Shown one piece after another: positions 52,205-64,000 of a stretch of DNA of 64,000 bases. Below the pieces are notes generated by a model. The model saw only the letters and a list, made by a program, of their open reading frames with translations. It did not search any database and was not told the DNA's origin. Made by a program: the position numbers and the translations under genes. How positions within the stretch are numbered: position 1 is the stretch's first letter; each line of letters starts with the position of its first letter. Source of the stretch: Eledone cirrhosa (lineage: Eukaryota); contig OZ024745.1 of assembly GCA_964016885.1 (NCBI GenBank), forward strand, positions 87,854,001 through 87,918,000, in the 5' to 3' direction.

Positions 52205-55200
52205 TCTCTCTCTATATAAAACGGTAAATGTCTGTTTGTGTGTGTGTGTATGATTTTTATGCATTTCCACATTTCTCTACCGATTTTGATGAATTTTTTT
52301 CCAATGTGCTCCAAATTTATCAGGGCAGGTCAACATGGAATTATGTCCTGCTTTTATGAAAAAAAATCGATAAAACTAAATACATGCTGTAACCCTCTCT
52401 CTTACATGCTTCATTCCTCTCACTACTACCACAAAAAATATATGAAACTACATACATGTTGCAACTCTCTTTAAATGTTCATATTTTCCTCTACTCCACT
52501 CTCAAACTCCTCTGCAACTCTCTTTAAAAGGTTCTTCACTCTCTCTACTCCCCCCTCAATCTCTGCAACTCTCTTTAAAAGGTTACTGCCTCTGTCTACT
52601 ACCCTATCAACATTACAATTTAGAACGACAAAACTTCTTTTGAATGAACGCGACACACACTTTGAAACCTAAGCAACACAACAACCATATATTTACTCTC
52701 TCCGTCGTTCTTCCCTCTCTCTACAATATATTATTTACCCTCTCTACAGTCATAACGACACTCATACATCAAGTATCAAAATTTAAACAGCCGATAACAC
52801 TAAATACATACTGCTCCATCAACGTTACCTTTTACACACTTACATTTTACATCAAATAACAAATATTCAAAAGCAACAGATGAATTTATAAAACAACAAA
52901 CGTAACAATAACGACCTCTCTATAATTTAACTGCTTTACTCTCTCTGTCGCTCTTCACTCCCTATATGACAACACTGCAGAGAGAGAAACAATGTATATG
53001 ATCAATTGGAGCGTTCCGTATATTCCCCCTCTCTATAATTTAACTGCTTTACTTTCTCTGACGCTCTTCACTCCCTATATGACAACACTGCAGAGAGAGA
53101 AACAATGTATATGATCAAATGGAACGTTCCGACTATTCCCCCTATCTATAATTTAACTGCTTTACTCTCTCTGACGCTCTTCAGGCCCTTAATAACAAAA
53201 CTGCAGTGGACCGTTCCGTATTCAGTGTTCCGTATTGCCATACGGCTTATCTGGGGCATTTTCAACCGGCTTATTGAAAATAACAACCCGCAAAATAACA
53301 CTTCATATAACAGATTAATGCTATAGACATATTAATCGGAATGTAACCCGTGAACTTTTTCCTGGGCAAAATTATTCGAACAGACATGACCTCATTGCCA
53401 GAGTGTTCAGACTGAAACTGGCTAAACTCATGGCTTTAATCAAAAAGGTCAGGTATTTGGGGCTGTAAAATGTGACATGTTCACCGTCGAATGGCAAAAA
53501 CGAGGGCTGCCACATGCTCACATTTTGATTTGGTTAGCCGATAAAATCAGTTCAAATGTCATAGACAGCTTCATTTCGGCTGAAATCCCTAACCCAGCAA
53601 CTGACCTGGAATTACATGACATCGTCAAAGCTAACATGGTCCGAGTGCGTCGAGTCCTAATGAACATCACACGTGTCTGAAAGGGGTGTCGTGCAGTAAG
53701 GGATACCCCCAAAAATTTGTTGACAAGACTCAGAGTGGTGACAATGGGTACCCCCTGTATAGGCGGAGACGGCCCGAGAACGGTGGCTTTACCACAACAG
53801 TAAAGGGAGGTTAAATCGACAATAGATAGGTGGTCCCTTACTGCCCGCTTCTCTTGAAGATGTTCACCACCCACATCAACGTTGAATTTTGCAACTCCGT
53901 CAAGTCTATAAAATACATATGCAAATATGTAAATAAGGGCTCTGATGAGGTCACAGAATACCTGGCGGGGCGGTACATCAGTAGCAATGAAGGTTTATGG
54001 CGCCTATTTGGTTTTCCCCTACACCAACGGCAACCCGCCATTGTACAGCTTGCGGTACATTTGGAAAATTGGCAAAGGATTTACTTTACCGACCAAACTG
54101 CCGCCAAGCTGGCCGCCGATCCGAAAGAGACCACTCAGACAGGTTTCTTCAAACTTTGCCAGTTCGATTCATTTGCGCAAACAATTGTGTACCCCCAGGT
54201 TCCATCCGACTTTATATGGTCGAAAAACACATGGGTGCGAAGAAAGTCAGGTCAGGCTGTTGAAAGACATCCTGGTGTAAAATTTGACAGCTGTCTTGGA
54301 AGGGTTTACACTGTGCCCCCAAGTCAGCATGAGTGCTTTCATCTCCGCCTTCTTCTGCATGAAGTTGTAGGCCCACAAAGTTTTCAGGAACTCAAAACTG
54401 TTGATGGAGAAATATGTGATACGTACTGGGAAGCCTGCTTTAAGCGTGGTCTTTTGGAAGATGATTCGCAATGGGATTCCACTTTAGCAGAGGGAGCTTT
54501 GTTGAAATCACCTAAAGGTCTACGGGAACTCTTTGTCATTTTGCTTCCAAAGTGTGAATTGGGTGATCCCAAATCTTTATGGGTCAAGTACAGCGACTTC
54601 ATGTCTGAGGATTTCCTGCGCCTGGCTCATCTGCAGTATCCTTCAGTGAAAGTTGCTTACAGCAGCATTATCTACAACAGGGCACTCATTGATATCGAGG
54701 ACGCCGCCCTCGACATGTGTGGGAGTGAGTTGGCGACATATGGCTTGCCGTCAACCGTTACAGATGAAGCTAACACGTTGGCCCCGGATTTGTTGCGGGA
54801 AACAGCATATGACATCGAATCTCTTTCCCAATACTTAGAGGAAAATGAGCCCAAACGTCTGTCGGACCAAAGGTTCGCCTATTTAACTATCATTGACGCG
54901 GTTCAAAATCAGACTGGGGGTATTTACTTTCTCGATGCTCCTGGGGGTACCGGAAAATCTTTTGTAACAAAATTGATTCCCGCTAAGATTCGCCAGGAGA
55001 AAAAAATTGCGTTGGCCGTTGCATCGTCCGGGATCGCTGTTACTTTGCTGCCGAGAGGCAGGAGAGCACATTCAACTTTTAATCTCCCCTTGGATTTAGT
55101 AAAAACTGAGACACCAACATGCAATATCAGCAAGAGCTCACACGAAGCTCTGGTTCTCAAAAGATGTTGCCTCATTGTTTGGGATTAGTGCACAATGGCA

Positions 55201-56542
55201 CACAAGTTCGCCCTTGAGGCATTGGACAGGACCCTGACAGTCATTAGGGATTCTACGGCTCCTACTGGGTGGCGTAACCCTTCTGCTATCAGGGGACTTT
55301 CGGCAAATGCTGCCTGTCCTCCCCAAAGGGACAAGAGCTGATGAAGTGCGTGCCTGCATTAAGTCGTCCACGTTGTGGCCCCAGGTGAAGACTTTGTACC
55401 TGAGCACAAATATGCGTGCTCATTTGCATGGTGACAACATGTCTGCAGCATTTGCTCAGAACATTTTAGCACTTGGTGAGGGCAAGGTCCCTGCGGATGA
55501 CAAGGGCGGCATAGCAATTGACTATGTGCAACATTGTGAGCAGCCCTTCTGACCTTTGGGAGGCAATTTTCCTAATGTCTCATCTAACTTTAAAAACTTC
55601 GATTGGCTCAGTGAAAGAGCCATCCTTGTTCCGAAAAATACCATGGTTAATTATAATTAACGAGCAGCTCATTGATAACATTCCCGGTAAAGAGCACATC
55701 TTCAAATCTATCGACCGGACGTCAGACCCCGACGATATCGTTAGTTATCCGGTTGAGTTATTAAATTCCCTTGAGCCTCCAGGGCTCCCACCTCACATTC
55801 TTAAGCTTAGGGTTGGCTGTCTCATTATACTAATAAGGAACTTGCGCCCACCAAAGCAGTGCAACGGTATTCGCATGGTCGTCAAGTAAATGACACCCCA
55901 CTTGATTGAGACCACCATTGTAACGGGGTGCGGGAAAGGGGAGAATGTTTTCATTCCAAGGATGAATCTTTTCCCCTCGGCGTCAGATATCCCGTTCGAT
56001 TTACGGCGATCCCTATTCCCGGTGAGACCATGTTTTGCCATGTCGATTAACAAGTCACAAGGGCAAACATTGTTGGTGGCGGGTATCCATTTGGGGGAGC
56101 CATGCTTCTCCCATGGTCAACTTTATGTTGCCTGTTCCCACGTAGGGAGCAGGAATGCACTTTTTGCTTACACTCCTCAAGGGATGACACGCAATATCGT
56201 CTACAAAGAGGTGCTATAGATGTTGGTGCAGGTGTTGGAGGTGTTGGAGCTATGCCGTCTGGAAAACTATTTCCTGGTAGGGTCACCCATGGCGTACATA
56301 TGTGACAGCAAGCGGCATCAGGGCCACCATCTTGCAACTTTGGTCTGCTAAATTCGCTATTGGAAGATTATTAACCCATCATTGATTGTCCAAAATGCTA
56401 ATTGGTTCGTAACTTTTAATAACCGGTTCAACTGCTTTATGCACTTAATTGATAAGCTTATTCGCTTTCAAGCCACGTTTACTTGTATGTAACTTTTCAT
56501 AGCAAATGAATAAACCCGAGCGACGCCGGGCTAAACTGCTAG
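52205..56542 (+). mobile_element. Helitron (Rep/PIF1 helicase), internally deleted and decayed
   Basis: A|TC 5' end; 3' hairpin cccg-agcgacgc-cggg (56515-30) then CTAG|T; internal tandem repeats at ~52910-53190. Confidence 0.9.
53340..56219 (+). pseudogene. Helitron RepHel protein fragments
   Basis: HUH motif VEWQKRGLPHAHILIW, VPY and KYICKYVNKG; helicase DAPGGTGKS, VASSGIA, GDFRQ, NKSQGQ, HGQLYVA; several stops and frameshifts. Confidence 0.9.
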
Positions 56543-56580
56543 TATACATATATATTCGTTAATTTTCAAATATATATACT

Positions 56581-56664
<84 letters not shown>

Positions 56665-56667
<3 letters not shown>

Positions 56668-56775
56668 TTCGCAATCTTGAGGTTGGGAGTTCGATTCCCA
56701 AACCAGGCGATGCGTTATGTCCTCCAGCAAGACACTTTATTTCACGTTGCTCCTTCTACCTTGAGTTGCGACCGA
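56665..56775 (+). mobile_element. Fragment of a second tRNA-derived SINE family
   Basis: B-box GAGTTCGATTCC followed by tgtcctccagcaagacacttt. Confidence 0.5.
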
Positions 56776-56818
56776 TAGATATTATTAGCAATTGTTCATG
56801 ATATATATATATATATAA

Positions 56819-57460
56819 TCTATATATATAAAGCTGTGGTTGTCTGTCTGTCTATCGATTTTTGGCACACATCTCCTCTTAGAATCTCTGACGGAATTGT
56901 ACCGAAATTGCTATACTTGTACATTGAGCCCTAGCGAAGACATCGGAAAAAAAATATTTCAAATTGACCCACCCTATGTGACGAAATCGAATCTAATGTA
57001 TCGATTTTTGAGCATAAGTGACGAGTTATTTCCCTTTGTTCTGTTTACATTGAGCGTCTTACGTTGTTTACATTTTCTGCGTGCAAAAATTAAAAAAATT
57101 ACGCTGGCTTTCTCAGCGTTTAAAATGACATTAACACAATACACGAACAGTTGTCGAGCCAGCAAAGTTTTGACCTGCAAAATTCATCAGTTCGAACACT
57201 AAGCTTCCGTTCTGCTTCATTTCCATTTAAAAGCCTTTTAAAACAATATTTTTACTTGAAAACATGTCTATTTAAAGACTACGTAAAACAAGCAAATATT
57301 TCGTAAAAAAAAGCAAAAATTATATAAGTTTATTTAAAATATATGTATCTGTAAATTTCGTTAGGCGTGCAGACAGACATTAAGCCAAAAAAGAAACTTA
57401 ACATTGTAACTTTAACACAGCTACTGAGCGACCCCGAGCAACGCCGGGCTTTACTGCTAG
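56819..57460 (+). mobile_element. Non-autonomous Helitron
   Basis: A|TCtatatatataaagc..; 3' cccgagcaacgccggg..CTAG|T. Confidence 0.85.
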
Positions 57461-57569
57461 TATTATATATAAATCGTTTTGTGTTAGGAGAAACAAATGC
57501 AAATCGAATCTAGCTGCTTTGTTACATTGTATATATTATATATATATTATATTTCTCTACCATCCTTTT

Positions 57570-57667
57570 AGTAGGTTAACTTTGCCTTTCATCCTTACGG
57601 GGTCGATAAAATAAAGTACCAGTAATGCACTGGGTATTGCTGGCCTTGTGCCTAAAGTAGAAACAAT
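57570..57667 (+). mobile_element. 5'-truncated SINE with target-site duplication
   Basis: Flanked by ttatatttctctaccatcctt on both sides. Confidence 0.75.
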
Positions 57668-57689
57668 TATATTTCTCTACCATCCTTCT

Positions 57690-58230
57690 GTCTACTCACA
57701 TACGCACACAGACACACATACGCATACAGACACATAGGCACACAGGCACATATAGACACACACATACACAAACACACATACACAGACATACGCACACAAG
57801 CACTCGTACACATAGACACACACACACACACGCACAGATAGAGACACACACACACATATGCACACGCACACACACGAACACATGCACATACACACACACA
57901 CACGCATCTCGACACACAGACACACACAGACACGTAACACTAACGCACACAGACACACACACACATATATATCAACAGAGAGAGAGAGAGGGAGGAAATG
58001 AGATAATACTATAAATATATATATAAATGTGTGTGTGTGTGTATATGTGTGTGTGTATGTGTATGTATGTGCATTTGTGTGTGTGCGTTTGTGTATGTGT
58101 GCGTCTATATATGTGTGTGTGTGGCTGTATGTGTGCGTGTCCGTTTGTGTATGTTTATGTGTATGTGTATGTGTATATGTGTCTCTGTGTGTATGTGTAT
58201 ATGTGTGTGTGTGTTGTGTGTGTGTGTGTA
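57690..58230. repeat. Degenerate (CA)n and (TG)n tracts
   Basis: Directly visible; explains the VC/HT-repeat ORFs. Confidence 0.9.
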
Positions 58231-58312
58231 CTTCCATAAAAATTCAAAAGGTTTATATTTAAATACATAGATTTGAAAGCACAATGAAAGTGTTATGATT
58301 TTGTTTAATAAA

Positions 58313-60020
58313 AGATTGATTTCTTTATTAGCCACAAGTGCGCAACAAGAAAAGGGGACAATACAAAGACGTGCCGGGGATTTTACATACAGTCGTGTAA
58401 AAAATATAAAAACAAACAATTTCAACAATCGAAATCCCCAATAGGGGGGAGGCGCCACAAATGGGTTGTTTAATACCCCGTCGATAGAACAACCCTCAAC
58501 TCCAGGAGCGTGTTGTGCAAGTGCTCCCTTCTTCCTTTTGCTCTCTTCCTCAACCTACAGGCTTATAAACAGAGAAGGCCCAATCACTCGGGCCATTTTC
58601 GCTTCATTCACCCACCTTTCAGTAAATTTACTGGGGTACAGTGCCTCTCTCTCCACCCTGATTCTCCTTCTAAAGTGATACTTAAAGAAGGGAATCAATT
58701 GTTGTCCGGAGAGAAAGGCAACTGTCCTCAGTCCTCTCAACCTCGTCCACCATATAACTTCTTTCACCATAGCCACCGTACAGAGGAAAACCGCCTCTCT
58801 TTCGCTTTTGAAAGAGTCTGGCGGTTTGATCCTTACTATGAACTCGGCAGTGAACTGGATTTGTCCCATACGCGACAGCAGTTGTTCTGCATAGTTCCAC
58901 AGGTCGCTTACGTCCGGGCAGTGTACAATTGCGTGCAGAACTGTTTCAATGTCCTGCGCACATCTTGGACACGTCCTTTTGGAAGGATCCCTGCCAGGGC
59001 GCCCGTGCCTGTAGATCTTGTCACGAACCGGTAGGGCTCCTCGGTAGCACTGCCAGGCGAGGGACCTCTGGAAGTTGTCCATAGGTCCCGGGCGGAAAGT
59101 CCTACCAAACAGACTGGTGAGCTCATCGTCTTCGACGCCCAGAGTCTCTCCGAGCACGTCGTCGCCCTTGTGACGTACAATCCCTCTATAGAATGTCGAA
59201 GTGGAGTCTCCACTGATTGCTGCGCCCGCTTGCCAGAGGACTGTGAGCGCCTGAGCGCATTAAATGTGCCAGGCGCCCGAGCTGTGGGAAAGCCTGTCTC
59301 ACAAACGGTGCCCACACCGGTTGGGGGTCGGTGAGGAATACCTGGAGATGCCGCAGCCTCAGCGCATGTTTGCGCATCATCAGCCACGGCATTTCCAGCC
59401 CTCCGTTGGAAGGGTGCTGACAGCAGACGGATCTTCTCACCAGCGGAGCCTGCTTCTTCCACAGAAACTGGAAGAGCATGCGTTCCATCTTGGCGAGGTG
59501 TTCACGGGGACAAGGCACGACAGTCAAGCGGTAGTAGATGACGGACGCTATGAAAGTGTTCGCCACCTCCGCTCGACCTTTCAAGGACAGTTTGCACTGT
59601 GCCCACTTCTGAGTGAGTGCAAACACCTTGGCCGTGACCTCGTTCCAGTTTTTCTCCACCTGGAGGTCTGGACCGAACCATACCCCGAGCAATTTCACCG
59701 GTCCATCCGTCCAGCGTCCAACGACCCTGTCGGATGTCATCGGTTTGCCTCTCCACGTACCGAGTTGCAAACCGACAGATTTGTCTGGGTTTAGTTTTGC
59801 TCCCGTCAGCGTTTCGTATTCTTTCAGTAAGTTGCCGATCACCCCAATTTCCGAGGTGCTCGACACCATTACCGTTACTTCGTCGGCATAAGCCGACTCC
59901 GCTTTGCGCAGTCCCGGTTCTAGGGGGATGCCCTGCAACAGTTCCAATTTCCGCAGTAGTGGCTCTAGAGTCAATACATACAGAATGGAGGAGAGAGGGC
60001 ATCCCTGTCGAATGGATGTT
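58313..60020 (-). mobile_element. L1/Tx1-like LINE, 5'-truncated ORF2 (RT C-terminal half + zinc finger)
   Basis: IRQGCPLS, TLEPLL, AYADEV, GAKLNPDKS, KLLGV, LSLKGR, NGGL, CPRC..ETVLH..C in ORFs 59186..59974 and 58555..59157. Confidence 0.85.
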
Positions 60021-60181
60021 TACATTTTATATTATCTATTTATGTTTTGTTTAGAATAATAAATATGCAAAATCTATCGTCGTTTATAAGTGATTTTTAA
60101 AAATTCTTTACTGCACTGAGGCATCTGTGATGCAAGTTGAAGCTAACACGAACAAGTCGAACTGTGGCATCATAGATTTAA

Positions 60182-60392
60182 CCCTTTAGAATTTAAACTG
60201 GCCATATCCAGCCAGAATTCTTTCACCTCCTTCTGTTCAAACCGGCTGTAACCGGCTACATACACTGATGTTAAGGTGTTGTTCTCAAAACAAATAATAT
60301 CAAAATCTCATAGATTCGATATTACATGACATGTAAGGTGCCTTTACCACAAAATACAATAGTAAATATAGAGTAATATAAATGCTAAAGGG
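60182..60392. mobile_element. TTAA-type MITE copy (opposite orientation)
   Basis: ttaa|ccctttagaattta .. taaatgctaaaggg|ataa. Confidence 0.7.
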
Positions 60393-60574
60393 ATAAATTA
60401 CATTATAACAAGGAGCAATCGTATTATATATTAAAAAAGTATAAAGATTCTATAACTACTTGCGGAGTCGTAGAGGCACCGTCATACGACCTGTCTCGGA
60501 CGCTTTTAAACCTGGCGGAACAAAACCCTCTCCAGGTTTGAAGACAGTCAATTTTTCTATCGAACAAGAATCGA

Positions 60575-60730
60575 CCCCTGTACTGAACTGGTACTTTTTT
60601 TATTCGCCTCGAAACGATGAAAGGTAAAGTTGACCACGGTAGGATTTGAAATCAGAGCGCGCAAAGAGGGGGGCCGAATACCGTAAAGCATTCTATCCGA
60701 CGTCTTAACGACTCTGCCAATTCGCTGCCT
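60575..60730 (-). mobile_element. Diverged tRNA-derived SINE
   Basis: ctggtacttt..gatgaaagg.aaagttgacc..ggatttgaa..ctgccaattcgc. Confidence 0.65.
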
Positions 60731-60744
60731 ATATTAGAGATAGT

Positions 60745-61100
60745 TAAAGAACAGCTGGTCAAAAGAAGAAGCGACGAATTGAAAACACGATTATCTTACA
60801 TGGAATACCTCTCCAAATGAAACGAAAAACATTATAAATTTGTTTGTAGCTCCGATATTTCGGGCACGTGGAAAGGATGTCCCAGAAAAGAACCGCTAGA
60901 CATATTTTAAGGGCACATCCAACCAGCAGGAGACCCAGGGGGTAAACTTTGAGCAAGAGGTTTGGATAACATCTATGAGCTTGATTGGTTTCTCTTGGGG
61001 AAATCCAGCCGGATCAGTTGGAAACGCTTGCTTCTGACAAGACCCGCTGGAAAGAGTGTTTAATGACTCCGCCCCAACGACCCTCTCAGGAAAAAGTAGA
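60745..61100 (+). mobile_element. RTE-like LINE 3' fragment
   Basis: Translates LRYFGHVERMSQKRTARHIL..RRPRG, a typical RTE C-terminal segment; followed by (GAG)n/(GAA)n. Confidence 0.55.
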
Positions 61101-61859
61101 AGAAGAGGAGGTGGCGGAGGAGGAGGAACAGGAGGTGGAGGTGGATGAGAAGAAGAAGAAGAAGAAGAAGAAGAAGAAGAAATATAACGGAAGACTCAGT
61201 AAAAAAGGATGCACATATTTACAGCATTATAGTTGTAAGTGGTCACATGTTCAGCTAAATCATCATTGCCATCGTAGAAAATTTAGCCACAGGTTCCGGG
61301 GTGAATTATATCTTGTAAAAAGAGGCAATGATCACATCTAGAATGTTTTTTTAATATAGATGTGTTCAACCAGCGCTAAACCAACATCCAAACCACGCCA
61401 ACAACATTGAAAGTAATAGTAAGTGGAAGACAGAGAAGCCAAGTGATTTGCCTATGGCTAAAATACCTAATGTTGACAGGAAATTGAAGTCCGGCAGATG
61501 CTAAGAGAAAACAGATGAAGCGACATTCTCATAATACTTTCTGTACAATAAAAGTGTCCACCAAACTCATTTCAGCAACATGATAAGGCCGGGTAAGGAA
61601 ATAACATAGTCTTATCTCTTTCTTCCTTTTACAAACACACATACACACGCACAAACACACACACACACACGCACTCACGCACACACGAACACACACACAC
61701 ACACATATATATATATATTTGCATATATATATATATTTATATATATATATATATACAAATATGGTGGTTTGTACCGTGACGATGGTCTTTTGATCATGAC
61801 TAAGTGCGGACCTCGTGCTTGCGATTGGTTCAGAAAAGAACTCACAGCCTTCTTTAAAG

Positions 61860-63920
61860 GTCAATCTCTCGGTCGTTAATTACCTCGACGTTACCCTCAA
61901 TTTATTGAATGGGTTGTATTACCCGTATAAAAAGCCGAATGATACGCTTAATTACATAAGTAAGCATTCCAACCATCCTGCCAGCAAAACCAAGAACCTG
62001 GTAAGAAACGTTTCGTTGAGGCTTTCCCGTCTCTCCACCAACGAGTGTATTTTCAACGACCATTCCACTTATTACAATGAAGCCCTTGCTCGAAGTGGAT
62101 TTTTCGATAAGGTAGCATATACAGAGTACGAAAATAGACCTAGAAGAAATAGATCCCGTCGCATTTGTTGGTATAACCCACCATATAATATGGAGGTGGC
62201 CACACCATTAGCTAAGATCTTTCTTTCCCTTATTACGAAGCATTTTCCCCCTACGCATAAATATAGTAAAATTTTTAATAGAAATACTATTAAAATTTCT
62301 TACTCTACGACTCCTAACCTTGCACATAACATCACAGCTTCAAATTTAGCTAAACTACCTAGCCGTAGGAACACGTGCAACCCTGTAGTTAGTACTAACT
62401 GTAATTGTAGGAATCGGGTTGATTGCCCCCTATCCGGGAAATGCCTCTCTAGTAACATTGTCTACAAATGTAAGGTTGTAACACCCACGTCCCGTAGGGC
62501 CTACATAGGGTTAACCGCCAATAGATTCAAGCAGCGTCTTTACATGCATACCCATTCCTTTCGTACCCTCTAAGAAGGAATATGACGTCACTTTCAGCTT
62601 ATATTTGGAGTCTAAAAGACAACCACACCCAATATAAGTTACACTGGGAGATCCTAGCTAGGGCTAGATCGTACAACGGAAATAGAAGGCCATGTGACCT
62701 CTCCTGGAAAAACTCTACGCCACAGACCACATCTTAAACAAAAAATCTGAGGCAATTTCGGCTTGTAAACATAAATTGCACAAAACTTTCCTGTATTACA
62801 GCCCCACGTTATACCCTAACGGATAGTACGATCTATACGTGGATATTTTACGTCTTGATGTGGGAGCTAAGTATATGTTTTGTTTATACCATTACTTATT
62901 TGCATAGGTAAGTATTTATTACCCGTATGTTTTCTGAAGGTACGTATAGCTTCTCGTACGTATATTTGATTGTTATGGCGTATATTTTTATATATTCTGC
63001 TACATATGGTTTGGTTATGTGTGTACGGGAGTTTGGCGTCTGTGTGAGTATGCAGGTTCGTACGTATGTAGGGTGCGCGTATATGTGTACTTCATGTTTG
63101 GTTGACTTACGTCTCCGAACACTCGTGTATTTATATTTAGGTATGTGTGTGTGCTTGTTATATACGTATTTATTTATTTATATACATTTATATAATTATT
63201 TATTTATTTGTATACACGCATACACACACACACATATTTATATGTGCGTGGCTTTGTATACCTATGGTAAGTGTTTTGCGTATGATTGTGTATGTGCGTA
63301 TTTGTTTGCGTGTATGTATTTATTTATTTCTATTACTTCTGTATTGTATTTATTTACTTTGTTCCTAACTCTGTAGCGGAGATTCATTCGGTCTCCTAGT
63401 TAGAATTTTAGTCTACAACTTCTGCTATACCATTTACGTGGTTTTGTCTTTGCGTGCTATTGTTCTCCACGCTCCACATATGACGTATTATCTTGGTTTT
63501 TTTCGTTCATTGCCAGAGAATGTCTCTATGAACCACCTAAGAGAACATTAGTCTACGACCTCTTTTATACCACAAACGTGGTTCTGTCTTTGCGCGTAAT
63601 TGTTTTTCACCGCTCCTATTAATGACGTATTATATTCGTTTTTACCCGTTCTTTGCCAGCGAACGTTTCCACGAAACAAAGTATCGTCTTCCTGTCTTTC
63701 TCCGGTTGCAACGTTTTTAGAAATATTCACTTCTGCGTTTACAGATTGACTTTGTTAGTTTCAGAAGATCCCGTTAAGGGTGAAAGCAGCGATTCTTTGC
63801 TTAAACTTTAATCTGTTATTTTAATAAATATTTGCTCTACAGTTCTTATATATTTGATATATATTTATCCTTATCGAGCCCTCTTTGGATTTTAGTCTTC
63901 AAATTTATTATTATTACTAT
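61860..63920 (+). mobile_element. 5'-truncated Penelope-like element (RT thumb + GIY-YIG + long 3' region)
   Basis: ORF 61815..62573: VNYLDVTL, SNHP, WYNPPY, CNCRNRVDCPLSGKCL, IVYKC..YIG; ends in (TA)n. Confidence 0.9.
63741..63816 (+). ncRNA. Extended type-I hammerhead-like motif with CAGAAGA core
   Basis: acagattga-ctttgtt-agttt CAGAAGA T-CCC gttaa GGG-T GAAA GCA..TGC TT aaact-ttaatctgt; bulged two-part stem I. Confidence 0.65.
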
Positions 63921-64000
63921 ATATATATATATATCAATATAAGGAGTTAATGGACCCAGCCTGTTTATCAATGCCAGGACCAGATATCTATCTATATATC

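Noticed and set aside
53830-55188. Host PIF1 helicase gene
   Set aside because: Fused to HUH Rep motifs, disrupted, and enclosed by Helitron termini.
58466-60054. Plus-strand ORFs over the LINE fragment, and antisense ORFs over the Academ, RLE and Helitron regions
   Set aside because: Shadow frames of GC-richer TE coding sequence with no recognisable motifs.
61770-61812. GTGACGA TGGTC tttt GATCA hammerhead-like remnant
   Set aside because: Core, GAAA and cleavage triplet are all mismatched.

Overview
AT-rich eukaryotic DNA saturated with microsatellites and transposons. It is most consistent with a mollusc, probably Octopus; this is inferred from the repeat content, not checked. The only clear host gene is a serotonin 5-HT4-like class A GPCR (minus strand, 43671-44861) in a TE-poor island. 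The rest is mobile DNA: several families of Penelope-like elements (PLEs; RT plus GIY-YIG), a full-span Academ (XPG-type) DNA transposon with TAG..CTA termini and a TAA target duplication, a near-full-length R4/Dong-like RLE retrotransposon plus fragments, L1/Tx1-like fragments, a decayed Rep/PIF1 Helitron and two non-autonomous Helitrons, TTAA-flanked MITEs and about 18 copies of one tRNA-derived SINE. The main hidden signal, read by eye, is about 20 type-I hammerhead ribozyme (HHR) motifs from roughly ten sequence families. They include non-canonical cores (U3-A8 covariant, U4C, U4A, U-U at the base of stem II). They sit in elements that repeatedly form head-to-head palindromes with both 3' ends pointing out, usually into (TA)n tracts. 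Some are ORF-less ~320-bp and ~430-bp partial-tandem monomers resembling retrozymes. Coordinates were counted by hand and folds judged by eye; no searches were run.
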